Part shown: positions 25,001 through 37,723 of the stretch, in pieces | Position numbering within the stretch: the stretch's first letter is position 1 | Layout of the letters: every line of letters starts with the position of its first letter | Assembly (NCBI GenBank): GCA_032718475.1 | Contig: JAUCBJ010000593.1 | Location: 12,640 to 76,639 of the forward strand | Reading direction: 5' to 3' | DNA: 64,000 nt | Source: Nemertoderma westbladi | Taxonomy: Eukaryota > Animalia > Xenacoelomorpha | Translations under genes and position numbers: made by a program | The notes under the pieces: generated by a model | What the model was told of the DNA's origin: nothing | The model's input: the letters and a program-made list of their open reading frames with translations, nothing else | Databases searched by the model: none

Positions 25001-27300
25001 TCTCCTCTATAAGGCCTCTCCGCTCTACAACTTGTATTTATTAATGTAGGCCTCTCCTTCCATATATCCCAACCTCCCACCTCCCTCCATCTCCTCTATA
25101 AGGTCTCCCTTCCATATATCCCAGCCTCCCACCTCCCTCCATCTCCTCTATAAGGCCTCTCCGCTCTACAACTTGTATTTATTAATGTAGGCCTCTCCTT
25201 CCATATATCCCAACCTCCCACCTCCCTCCATCTCCTCTATAAGGCCTCTCCTTCCATATATCCCAACCTCCCGCCTCCCTCCATCTCCTCTATAAGGTCT
25301 CCCTTCCATATATCCCAGCCTCCCACCTCCCTCCATCTCCTCTATAAGGCCTCTCCGCTCTACACTTGTATTTTTATGAGGCCTCTCCTTCCATATATCC
25401 CAGCCTCCCACCTCCCTCCATCTCCTCTATAAGGCCTCTCCGCTCTACAACTTGTATTTATTAATGTAGGCCTCTCCTTCCATATATCCCAGCCTCCCAC
25501 CTCCCTCCATCTCCTCTATAAGGGCCTCACTCCTCTCCATATATCCCAGCCTCCCACCTCCCTCCACCTCCTCTATAAGGTCTCCCTTCCATATATCCCA
25601 GCCTCCCACCTCCCTCCATCTCCTCTATAAGGCCTCTCCGCTCTACAACTTGTATTTATTAATGTAGGCCTCTCCTTCCATATATCCCAACCTCCCACCT
25701 CCCTCCACCTCCTCTATAAGGCCTCTCCTTCCATATATCCCAGCCTCCCACCTCCCTCCATCTCCTCTATAAGGTCTCCCTTCCATATATCCCAGCCTCC
25801 CACCTCCCTCCATCTCCTCTATAAGGCCTCTCCGCTCTACAACTTGTATTTATTAATGTAGGCCTCTCCTTCCATATATCCCAACCTCCCACCTCCCTCC
25901 ACCTCCTCTATAAGGCCTCCCTTCCATATATATCAGCCTCCCACCTCCCTCCATCTCCTCTATAAGGCCTCTCCTTCCATATATCCCAACCTCCCGCCTC
26001 CCTCCATCCCCTCTATAAGGCCTCTCCTTCCCCATATATCCCAACCTCCCGCCTCCCTCCATCCCCTCTATAAGGCCTCTCCTTCCATATATCTCAGCCT
26101 CCCACCTCCCTCCATCTCCTCTATAAGGCCTCTCCGCTCTACAACTTGTATTTATTAATGTAGGCCTCTCCTTCCATATATCCCAACCTCCCACCTCCCT
26201 CCATCTCCTCTATAAGGCCTCTCCTTCCATATATCCCAACCTCCCGCCTCCCTCCATCCCCTCTATAAGGCCTCTCCTTCCATATATCCCAGCCTCCCAC
26301 CTCCCTCCATCTCCTCTATAAGGCCTCTCCGCTCTACAACTTGTATTTATTAATGTAGGCCTCTCCTTCCATATATCCCAGCCTCCCACCTCCCTCCATC
26401 TCCTCTATAAGGCCTCTCCTTCCATATATCTCAGCCTCCCACCTCCCTCCATCTCCTCTATAAGGCCTCTCCGCTCTACAACTTGTATTTATTAATGTAG
26501 GCCTCTCCTCCCATATATTCCAACCGCCCACCTCCCTCCACCTCCTCTATAAGGCCCCCCCTTCCATATATCCCAGCCTCCCACCTCCCTCCATCTCCTT
26601 TCTAAGGGCCCCCCTTCCATATATCCCAACCTCCCACCTCCCTCCACCTCCTCTATAAGGCCTCTCCTTCCATATATCCCAACCTCCCACCTCCCTCCAT
26701 CCCCTCTATAAGGCCCCCCCCCTTCCATATATCCCAGCCTCCCACCTCCCTTCATCTCCTTTCTAAGGGCCCCCCTTCCATATATCCCAACCTCCCACCT
26801 CCCTTCATCTCCTCTATAAGGGATCCCCTTCCATATATCCCAACCTCCCACCTCCCTTCATCTCCTCTATAAGGGATCCCCTTCCATATATCCCAGTCTC
26901 CAACCTCCCTTCATCTCCTCTCGAAGGGCCCCCCTTCAATATATCCCAGCCTCCCACCTCCCTCCACCTCCTCTATAAGGCCTCTCCGCTCTACAACTTG
27001 TATTTATTAATGTAGGCCTCTCCTTCCATATATCCCAGCCTCCCACCTCCCTCCATCTCCTCTATAAGGTCTCCCTTCCATATATCCCAACCCCCACCTC
27101 CCTCCATCTCCTCTATAAGGCCTCTCCGCTCTACAACTTGTATTTAGTAATGTAGGCCCCCCCTTCCATATATCCCAACCTCCCACCTCCCTCCACCTCC
27201 TCTATAAGGCCTCTCCTTCCATATATCCCAGCCTCCCACCTCCCTCCATCTCCTCTATAAGGCCTCTCCGCTCTACAACTTGTATTTATTAATGTAGGCC
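19012..27300. repeat. 53-bp satellite, right part (with 89-bp variant units)
   Basis: Same unit as 1793-3933, resuming in register after the TSD. The many short minus-strand GGWDIWKE ORFs are translations of it. Confidence 0.97.
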
Positions 27301-28879
27301 CCTATACTTTCGCGCCCAAATCATCTGGCTTATATATATAATCTCCAGGATATATTACTGATATACTGTATCAGTATATACTGTATTACACTGTGTTGCC
27401 GCGATTATTTATTTATTCAAAGGAAACCCAATACGGGATTAAACGGAATATCCTGTTACATTAATCCAAACAAGAGTAATGAATAGGCACCATATTTATA
27501 TATTCCTCGCTAGTATTGTAGTATGTAGGCGAAGGAAGGTGAGATTTGTATCAACACATTACAAAATTATTATTTTAAAGATACTTCACATTCATGATGT
27601 TTGACATTCAGTTAGCATAATTCATCTCAATGACACCGTCACCGAACCGTAAATATTAATTCTTCGCAATGCTCTTATCCTGGAGAGAAAAAATTGATTC
27701 ATTAAACTATAAACTTTCGGTTGTCATATATATAGTGTGGGGCGAGCCATGAAGTAATGTGAGTATTACTAGCGTACGTACTAGTGCTATTAATCAATTT
27801 GCCTGTATGGAGTAGGCCTAAACCAAATTTGGTGCACACGAAGTCTGTCAAATGTTTATAAAATATTTTGTGTGGGGAACTTTGTAGTTCTCCAGCTTTT
27901 AATTGTTTGCGATCCTCTGCGGTTAGTTATCTATAATTGGTTCCTGTTATAACCAAGTTATATAACCGGGATGCTGCATTGAGAATGCTATGCGGTTATC
28001 GACAAAGGTGCGAATAACTTTGGCAAGATTATCCGAATCTCCAAGGTAGTGCCATTTAAGAGGCAGCTCAAGACAGTCATTGGCTGTCCAGGTCCACCTT
28101 GCTTATTATCTCCATGAGGCCGCCAAAGCACAAGATGATGCACTGACTGGTCCTCAAGGTATAATCTCCTGCAAAGTGGTCGCTGGACGCTTCATCGTCG
28201 AACGACGTGTCGTGAACGACGGTCGGTGAACATTTCAAAATAAAACACTGAGACTGAGAATAATAGTAAGACCGTTAAATAACATAAGGACCATAAAATC
28301 AGGTCTGTGGAGACCGTATAATAATGTTTTAACCTTTTTCGCTTAGCTCGGAAACTTGGTGCTGCGAACACCACAACTTTGTCACTGCCTAAATATCAGT
28401 GGAAACATTACGGACAGTCGCAAGTAAAATAAGTGAATTGAAAGTATTTTGGTCACCTTTTTCTTTTTCTTTTGGATTTTATCCCTTTTTGAAGCGGTGG
28501 AGCCTTTTGGTTGGCTGTTCATTCAGCTTAATAATTATACTATAAGCTTCCTATATTATCTGAATCCCGGAGAAGTGAGTATCGATTTAATTTGAAACCC
28601 GCGAATCAAGCGAAGTCTCCAAAACTCGACTGCACCCCCATACGAGCACAAGTTCTACTGCTGTTCTAAATAATGTAACCTTGGGTTTTCATTTTATTGA
28701 AGGAATTCACATGACTTCCATATCCATGATCCAAAGTATCTGTTGTCATTAACATGCGCAAGCACACCATCCATGGAGCTTATGCTCATACAATCAGCAT
28801 TTCATGAAACTTGGGCCTTCTTGGAATTATTAACATCTAAAAAATAAAAGAAATTACTTATACTTATTATATCATTAGA

Positions 28880-29020
28880 AGCAAGCAGACTGCTCCAACG
28901 TGCCGAGGAGCTCAGTTGGGCTTCCTCCAGTGATTCTGAGAGTACTCCTAAGTCATCAGCAAAGTCTAGACTAGTAGGGTAGTCGGTAAGGTGTTTGGCT
29001 GGATCTCTTCAATTGAAACG
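28880..29020 (-). mobile_element. Non-LTR retrotransposon (RTE-like) RT fragment
   Basis: Reverse strand reads PAKHLTD..SLDFADDLGVLSESLEEAQ, containing the FADD RT catalytic motif. Confidence 0.7.
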
Positions 29021-29938
29021 AGTTATTAATTCGCTGAGGTGGGATTTGCGTCAAGGGATTTGCATAATTTTGCTGCAATAGTCGCTACTTTACAAGTACA
29101 AGAGTGGGATTTAATTTCCTCCTTAAGTTACGACATGACGTTCCTTTCAGCCCTTCTTACCTTCCGTTCATAAACTAATTACTGAAGTACACCAACCTGT
29201 CTGCCATTTCCCCATGTGGCTGGCTACCCGTTACTTCTTTATAAGGTTTGTGCCATTGTTGGGTGAGGACCAAGGACTATTACTAATAGAATTCCATGAC
29301 GGGAACTTGAGTGACGGAGAGACAAATTACAATAGTAGACAGACAGTCGGGAGTTGAACGGCATTGATAAAATATATGTGAAACCCCAATACACTACTTG
29401 ATTATGAACCGATGGTCAACCAGATTCCTAGTTCAATTGGACCGCAAGAGATTTCTGTCACTTTCTGCCGATTACTTTCGCGTTTGGGTGGATTTCGGGT
29501 TCGGGCAGATAGTTTATCGATTTGAGATCGGCCCCCAGTCCCGAAGGAAGAATCGGCCACTCGTGGCGCTGGGAATTATCCACCAGAGATGTCAAATTTC
29601 CGAACGCAACAACAAAAAGCGATCGATAAACTATGGCTTTCTCGTTAGATATACCAGTTTAGTTTGGCCTAATAAAGTCCTTTCTTTAGAGCTATCCCGG
29701 TTCACAAAGCTGTTGTATTGACTTCGCTAGCCCCATATGGCGCGAGTGTAATATATTCGGGAATTATTAAGATATTTTTCCCGAACATATAATGCGGGAT
29801 ATTGCGTGGCGCGAATACGAGTTTAGTTTGAGATGTAAGTAAACTTATACTACAATCCCACCCGCACCCGATCAATTTTATATTAAGTGCAATATCATGT
29901 AAAATATTATTACAATATGGAATTATTATTGGTTGCAG

Positions 29939-30141
29939 ATGGTTATACATTTACATTCAATGGAACTCAACATATTTGGATACGGTTGAGTAGCTATCCT
30001 CCCACAACTTCTTCCGTAAATTATCGCTCCGATGATAATATCAGCATTCGGTTTAGTAGTTACAGACGGGATGGGCTGCTTCTCTTCATGGGCTCCACGG
30101 TCAACGACCAGTTCCTAAAAGTTGAGATTGGCGATGACAAG
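29939..30141 (+). CDS. Exon of a laminin-G domain protein (N-terminal half of LamG)
   Basis: TTGCAG| acceptor and AAG|GTTAAT donor. Encodes DGYTFTFNGTQHI...DNISIRFSSYRRDGLLLFMGSTVNDQFLKVEIGDDK, matching the LamG pattern F.G..., ISxxFxT...GLLL...DFL.VEI. Confidence 0.85.
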
Positions 30142-31882
30142 GTTAATATTGTACAATATTTTAATTTATAATATTTGATATTGGCCGGTTATTATTTATT
30201 TCTTCCAATCTTTGTATTTACACCGGACCAACCTATTATACGCTGGTAATAGCAGCACTGTTTTGGTAATAATAATCTCCAAAAGAAAATTGACCTAAAT
30301 AAGAAATAACAGCTGATTACTAGTTTATCGTTTTGGTTACCATCACGTGCCATAGTAACCTACGGCCCTTTCCCTTAATACGAGATATTAATTCGATATG
30401 CATCAATAGTCCTCCAACTTACCCCTAAATAATCTAAGCAACCGATAATTCTTTAATTAACAATTAATTAACATAATTTTGATAGTCGCCATTATTATTC
30501 CCCATTTTCGAGATAATTACAGTTGTTTTGTAAAAATTTATTTTCTGAATTGATATATTATTATTAACATTGCCAAGTTAAAATTGCAAAAGGTGATCCG
30601 GTTTCTGACAGGTTATTATCAAACTGGGGGAAATCAGTCTGAGGCTAGCTAGGAAATCAACGGTGGTGAAGCTTTGTGAAGAACCAACGTCAACTTCAAT
30701 CTCATAACACATTTATTACGCCAATTCATAAGTGATTGAAGGCTCACCAAAGCTATCAATACTCAAGGGGTTGGTTACCTTGAAAAAGAAAATTAATACA
30801 TTGTTTTGTATTTTTCCTTGGGATCTAGTTATTCTGAGACGTGAAATTACATGTGGGAAATAAACGTGAACTTTCAACCATCGATACGGGATCCCCAGAG
30901 AGTGTAGGGACGACTGGACCGATTGATATGGATGATATGCAGATAGGTTTTAGGTAGACGCCCACTGTGAGAGGAATTAAACTTGAGCATACCATGCGAA
31001 ATATATACCTGATAGAATTCTCTCGCGCTCAACTTGGTATTAATTCGGGAGAGTACATTAATGTATGTGTGCATGGTGTGTCCAGCATTAGTAAAACAAT
31101 CCAATCTTAACTAATGAAAAAATTCTTCCCAGTTGGTGTCAGTAGTAGGTGAGGGTCGCAGATGGTTGATGTCGTTAAGTGATGATATACAATCTTATAA
31201 TGATAAACGCAAACCGGTTCGGTAGCACAACATTGCCATTTAGTGCCCCGTACTGATGTTTTACCTGAGAAACTGGCTTCCCAAACAATCCACAACTCTA
31301 AATAGGATACTGAGATAGTGGAATCATGTTCAATGAAGTGCGAGTAATAATAACCCAACCATGTTGAGTAATTAATTCACATACAATTTGCACACACACA
31401 TAATATATACTACTAACTACAGCATAAATACGAAGCACGAAGAAAAATACAGGGTAAATTATTTGAATTCGTAGGTAAGTTGTACTATTTTGCGTAACAG
31501 GATATTGCATTCCTGACAGGCTCATTGTCCAAGTAGCCGTAGAAGTAGCCGTACACAGCCGTACACAATGCAAAAACCAATCGCTACTTCTCTCATCAAA
31601 TGAGACAGCCATCCTATGGAATTCGTATGATTCAAATGAAATTCACTTTATTACAGCTTACAGGATATACTACACAACATCAGCCTCTTTCCCAATCAAA
31701 TAAGGGAAAACTTTCGCGCTGATTGAGAAACCCGATCGAATGTGCCTCGGCCTCGGGGCATCTTCTCCTTGACAATTGTAATTCAGTCTAGGACAACAAG
31801 TCTCCTAGGGTAACAACAGTCGCTATGGAATATTGTAAACATGGTGAATTACACAGCCAACTAACAGGCATCATTTATATAA

Positions 31883-32290
31883 CTGCAGGTTGCATCTCGT
31901 GTTGGTCTTTTTGTAAACTCCAAAAAGACCAAAATCATGACAGTTAATCTAGACAGCGCTCAGGAAATGTCTGATCGTAAGGGAATAAGCTCTATAAGGG
32001 GCAGCTTGCTTGAGCACGTAGATGACTTCTGCTACTTGGGATCATGGATCAGAAATTCAGGTGAAGACCGACCTTCGGATACGTAAGAAGAGGCATGGGA
32101 AGCGTTAAATAGTGTGTCCAGGATTTGGAAGTCCCATAGAATAAAACGGACCTTAAGGTTCGATTATTTATAAGGCTGCAGTAGTACCAGTACTCCTCTA
32201 TGGGAGTCCATGCTGGGCTCTAACTGCTGAGGACACCAAATCTCTGGATGGCTCATTCACAAGAATGCTACGCCGGGTTCACTGTGACAA
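31883..32290 (+). mobile_element. Decayed RTE-like LINE ORF2 C-terminal fragment
   Basis: VGLFVNSKKTKIM...LEHVDDFCYLGSWI, then through frameshifts AWEALNSVSRIWKS and AVVPVLLYGSPCWALT..LDGSFTRMLR. Confidence 0.8.
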
Positions 32291-33794
32291 GTACAATGCC
32301 ACATCTACAACCAGACACTATATAACATTGGAGGTGTCTCATTGGTTGCCCCAAGCTTGGTTGACCTTTAGTAGTTAGAACCCAACATATGGGCTGCCGT
32401 AGAGCAACACATGCTCCACAGCAGCAAGGAAAAGGGAAAAATTAGATATCATAATGTAATCCAATAAATTCGTTACGATATAAAGTTATATATCACAGAT
32501 TGCATGACTTCTAGTAAATGAAATGTAATATAACGTGACACAGTCCAATTATTTTACTGAAATTAAAATCCTTATAAATGACAGCGTTGTGATTAGTAAT
32601 TTTATAACTCTCTCATCATCAAGAATAAGTTCTTTTATAAGAATAAATTATATTTCCTGTTGACACCACGGCACCATTTGTGACAGACAGATTTGCAATT
32701 ATTATTGTAAATGCAACGTATGACTGCAACAGTCCGGATAAAATGTAAGTATTATAATACGGCGGACTAAATCATAAGAAAACGAAAGGAGAGTAAAATA
32801 ATACCAGATTGGAGAAAGATGGAGATAATAGTTGAGTGGCTGGCAACGGAACTACAAGAGACGACGCATGCCGCACTTAATAACGACCTAGAATGGGTAC
32901 TGGAATAGTTCAGATAGAATTAATATGATATGAAAGGGTCCGAGGCGTGTGGGGTGGGGGGGGGGGGGGGGGGGGGGGTGCGTGACATTGTTAGGTTTAG
33001 CTGAGAGTTGCGAAGTAACTTTAACATTAGATCAACGTAATTAATTACCTTTCATTAAATTATTATAGAGAGAATTTGTCTTGGAGTCATTTCCATTACC
33101 ATTAAACCCTATTGAAATAAAGTTTGGGTTACTTTATCGGTCACAGATGGGTGATATGGATGCTAAAGTCTATCTTTATTGATTATCGTTGCAACAACTG
33201 TGCAGTTGTTTATCGGTTTAGCGTAATTCATAGTATATTTTAAGAGTTAAGATCCAAACCGGCTCTACTAAACGTTGGTAACACAACGAACCGCAGTAGA
33301 GGAACATCCAGTGCCTCAACCACATGGTACTTTGTTATTCGCGATCGGTTAATTCGTGCCATTATTATTTTATTAATAGTTTGGTATGTGAGCGAGCGAG
33401 TGGTTGTACCGAATTGGTACGACGTATTGATTGACATTACGGAGGTGTAATCTCATGGGGGGCAGTTCTCTGGAGCGCGACACGAATTGATAAAACTCAA
33501 CCAAGAAAATTATCCGATTCAGTAAACACAATAGTATACAGTCACTACTACATCCCAAGATTAAAAATGGCTTTATTACGTGTTAACGCTATTAAAATAT
33601 TAATATTAATTCGACTTGAATTAACAAAACAAACAATAATTTCTAACGGGAATGAATGTCACCCAAGGATTAAATACAATATATTTTCTACGATGTTAAT
33701 ATGCAATACGAGGTGAAGAGAGTAAGAGAGGAGGAGAGGAGGGTGTTATATGGAAATTATATTTACATTTTAAATTATTTATATTGAAAGAACT

Positions 33795-33998
33795 CGTGGG
33801 TAATACGGGGGAAGGTATAGAAAGATAGAGAGAGGCATCGTGGGTAATACGGGGGAAGGTATAGAAAGATAGAAAGGCAGACTCGCGCAAACCAGTAATA
33901 CGGGGGAAGGTATAGAAAGATAGAGAGTGGCAGACTCGCGCAAACCAGTAATACGGGGGAAGGTATAGAAAGATAGAGAGTGGCAGACTCGCGCAAAC
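33795..33998. repeat. Short tandem repeat, ~45-53 bp unit (GTAATACGGGGGAAGGTATAGAAAGATAGAGAG...), ~4 copies
   Basis: Directly visible; accounts for ORFs 33696-34040. Confidence 0.9.
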
Positions 33999-34462
33999 AA
34001 AAGGTAAAAGAATCACAATTTTAAATTCTCTATTTGTCACAGTTACTGTACTACATATTTGTTGTCAAGGGCACCTGTTTCTAACCAACAAACTCTACAG
34101 ATCTGGCAAGTTAAATGAGCAACCCGACCCGAATAAAAAACACTATGGTAACCTAGACAGGATATGTGAGGTTTCAGATTCAATAAAGTATATTATCTAT
34201 CACGAATTTATATTTATGTTAGATGGCGTAACAAATTCACATACGGCAAAACATTTGTATGAATCGATATTTTTTATGTTAAATCACAATTCATTAAGTG
34301 AATTCGACCGCAATAAAAATATGAATTATTAATATTAAGATGGCATTTGATTTCCTTCGACCTTAACGAATCATTAATCAGCAAAAAATCAATTCATTTC
34401 GGATTCACTCTCATTACCGCAAATTCAAAATTATTAACAGGCTAAAATATTAAGTGATTTAT

Positions 34463-35704
34463 CTAAGGAAACTCGTAACTGCCACACATTACACTCGGCA
34501 ATAGTTGGACCCCCTGTTGGGAGACCGTCCTCTTGAAATCCTCTTTAACCTCAACCAATAAGCCATTATCCGTGAGAACGTCTAACGCAGTTAGGGTCAA
34601 TGACCTCGCAGACCGTACAGCTGCTACATATGCCCCGTCTGTGGCTGCTACTGTAGCAAACTCTCGTGTGTGATTGGCCACAGAGGCCTGACCAATCCCG
34701 TAGAACGGGTGAATGCTGGGAACTGTAACGGAAAAGTTCCCCATATCTGTAGAGCCGAGCATAGCCACAGTTTCATCCTCATCGTAATCCACTCCCAACT
34801 CGGTAGCATACCGGAAGTAGCGTGATATCATCGGGACGTTCTGCAGTAACGGCATGTACGGTTTATCGGAAAATGTCATCTTCATAGAACATCCGGTTGC
34901 CATGGCAGCCGATTGGAAGCATTTATAAACCCTCTGTTGCAGTTCAACTAGGTCGCCTACAGTAGCGGCGCGCACGAAGAACTGTAATTGGCTGCTTTCC
35001 GGTATTATATTGGGTTTAACTCCTCCTTCGGAAATGATCACGTGGACTCGATACGACGGTTTAAACTGCTGTCGCAACGCGCTGATGTTCTGGTAGGCGA
35101 GGACCGCAGCGTCTAGGGCATTGACCCCAAGCCACGGGAATGCGGCAGCGTGGGAGGCTTTCCCGAAGAACCGTACGTCTCCCATAGAAACCGCGAGACT
35201 GATGGCTCGTCTATAGTCCGCCGGAGTCGGATGCGACATTAACGCCACGTCGACCCCTTCTAGCGCCCCCGCGCGGATCATTTCTACTTTCCCGCTGGGT
35301 AGCTCCTCGGCTGGGGTTCCCATGACGACCAACCGACCCCCGATCTCAGGGTGTGACGTCATCACCTGTTTAACGGATGTTCCAGCGAGCAGTCCGGTTA
35401 TCGCGATCAGGTTGTGTCCGCACGCGTGTCCGATCTCCGGTAGAGCGTCGTACTCACAGACGACGCAGACGGTAGGTCCCGGGCGTCCGGTATCGTAAAT
35501 CGCCCTGAATGCGGTCGGAAGGATGTAGGATCGATCTACGGAGAACCCTTTACTCGATAAATACTCAGTTAGTATGTCGTGTGACTTGACCTCTTTGTAA
35601 GCTAGTTCCGGGTTAGAGTGGAGACTGTTACTGATCTTACGCAGCTCGCATTCCTCCTGGTTAATCACACCATCTATGATTTCGGAGAATTTCGTAGCCG
35701 ACAT
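34463..35704 (-). CDS. PM20D2: Peptidase M20 domain-containing protein 2-like amidohydrolase (413 aa, uninterrupted CDS)
   Basis: LHSNPELAYKE, EYDALPEIGHACGHNLI, GTPAEE, GKASHAAAFPWLGVNALDA, GSTDMGNFS..VPSIHP: M20D/ACY1L2 motifs, full length. Confidence 0.9.
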   Translation of the reverse strand: MSATKFSEIIDGVINQEECELRKISNSLHSNPELAYKEVKSHDILTEYLSSKGFSVDRSYILPTAFRAIYDTGRPGPTVCVVCEYDALPEIGHACGHNLIAITGLLAGTSVKQVMTSHPEIGGRLVVMGTPAEELPSGKVEMIRAGALEGVDVALMSHPTPADYRRAISLAVSMGDVRFFGKASHAAAFPWLGVNALDAAVLAYQNISALRQQFKPSYRVHVIISEGGVKPNIIPESSQLQFFVRAATVGDLVELQQRVYKCFQSAAMATGCSMKMTFSDKPYMPLLQNVPMISRYFRYATELGVDYDEDETVAMLGSTDMGNFSVTVPSIHPFYGIGQASVANHTREFATVAATDGAYVAAVRSARSLTLTALDVLTDNGLLVEVKEDFKRTVSQQGVQLLPSVMCGSYEFP

Positions 35705-36293
35705 ATTTAATTTAAAAAGAGCAAAGGAGCGCGAAAAATAAAAACAAATTAACTAGCCTAATGTGATGAACTACATGTATTGGAGGTGTATTCCCAATTT
35801 TGTAGATAAGCTGGCATGGCATTCGCAAATGCAGCTGCAATGCAGTATATTATTTATTGAGTTGGCACAGTTATATGATGAGCTAAAAACTTTGTTAGGA
35901 CGTTAATGTTAAATCGTGTAAGAGTAAGGAATGCAGGAGGGGTCGAACTAGTGTAAGCATTGTAAGCACAAACGAATCCATTACATTACAAGAAAATTTA
36001 ATAGACCTAAATTAAGGTGAATTCAGCATCGGACTTAATACGATTCAGCACTTAGCTATGTATAATTTCTGTAATACGGCAGTAGTACAACGTTCTTGCC
36101 CCTCTTATTGCGTTCGCACTGTAATAAAACTTACCATTCGGAACTATTGCTCTACAAAATGTACAGTAATTAGTAATAACTGTGTCGTAATTGATTGATA
36201 GGATTGCTTGATGGGAATAATATTACCAAATTTTGGTTTGAAACATTGTTAGCTGAAGCTTACATTTTGTTAAATGGTGTAGCTTACAGAAGT

Positions 36294-36683
36294 GGCTACT
36301 GACCGGACCCAATGACCGGACCATATAAATACCGTCTTGAAGCTTTATATTGGATTTATATTTTGCTTTTGTATTAATGACCGGTCCCTTATTTCCTCAA
36401 CTTTGTGACCGGACCCTCTAAATATACCGTCTTGAAGCTTTATATTTGATTTATTTTTTAATTTTGTATTAATGAGCGGACCCTTATTACCACAATTAAG
36501 TAACCTGCATAATCTTGTAAAATATGTTAACTTTCGTTTTTTTTTGGTTCCCCCAACACGCCTCTGTAACCTGCTCCTTTACTAACCTGCTCTTTTAAAT
36601 GCCAATGGGTCAGGTCGATGGGTCCGCTCAACGGGTCCGGTCAATTGAGCAATGGGTCCGGTCACGCGGTCAGTAGCAGTAGC
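36294..36683. mobile_element. MITE-like non-autonomous DNA element
   Basis: Left end GGCTACTGACCG, right end CGGTCAGTAGC(AGTAGCC). Repeated TGACCGGACCC on the left and GGGTCCGGTCA on the right; internal duplicated segment. No clean TSD seen. Confidence 0.55.
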
Positions 36684-37723
36684 CTTTGCCGTAGCTTACA
36701 CTCTTAAAAATATTTCATTTGAAATGACTCGACTCACCCATCCCTTACTGTACCCTATTTGGATTCGATTCCTTAGATCATTTCAGCTTTCAATCAAACC
36801 ATACAGTACTGTATGTCAATTAATTAACCAATCCAATAATAAATCCATTATATTAGGCCTGGGGCCTGAAACTAATTAACAGTAAAAACAGGAAGTACAC
36901 TGCAAGAAGTAAATTGTTTTTTAAATATCCCGCTTTTCTAAATTATATTCCGTAATTGGTTGTTACCTTTAAAGTGTAAACAAACATTCACAGCTGTGTC
37001 TGTATAGGCCTAGCCACCAACAAGGCCCTTGGACCGTAAGTACTGAAGTAGTGTACTGTGTAGAGTACTACTGTACTACAGTCTACACACACGCAGTAAG
37101 CAGTCCTGCAGTAGCCGTAGCAGCGTAGGCCGTAGGACAATTGTAACGCACAGTTTGCAGTTGGCTGTATAGGATTACCTACAGGATTAGCCTATAGCGG
37201 TATAGCAGTAAGTAAGCAGTATAGGATCAGGATATTATTAATGGCGCCTTTGCGAAATACAGAAATACATACACGAATAGGGCTGTAGGGCAATAGTTCA
37301 TTCAGTTTAATTTCATTTCATTGGAATTTAAATTTGAGGTAGCCTACCGGTCAGCCGGTAATTAACAGCAGAACAGACTAACAGCAAACAAACAAGTAAT
37401 AGGCCTATCTGATTTCAGGATTTACAGATTTAGCCTTAGCCTCTGTCAAAAGACAGATAGCGTTACCTTTCAGCCCACCCCACCACCACAGCTGCACACC
37501 CCCACCACTGCTGACTGCAGCACTGGTCCACACTATTCTGATATTACAGTATTACTCTTCAATTTATTGTAAACTTCAATCAATTTTAAATCTACATAAA
37601 CCCAGTTTAACTGTTACGGTTTACGGTACTGCGATAGGCCTAATCTGGTAACCAGGTAACTGGTCATTGTCAATTCTGGAGTTTATTGTCAAATAAATTA
37701 AGTCGTCGTCAAAATATCTGAAT

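Noticed and set aside
18952-26851. Many short minus-strand GGWDIWKE ORFs
   Set aside because: Artefacts of the 53-bp satellite.
32950-32980. Long G run
   Set aside because: Simple homopolymer of uncertain length with no further context.
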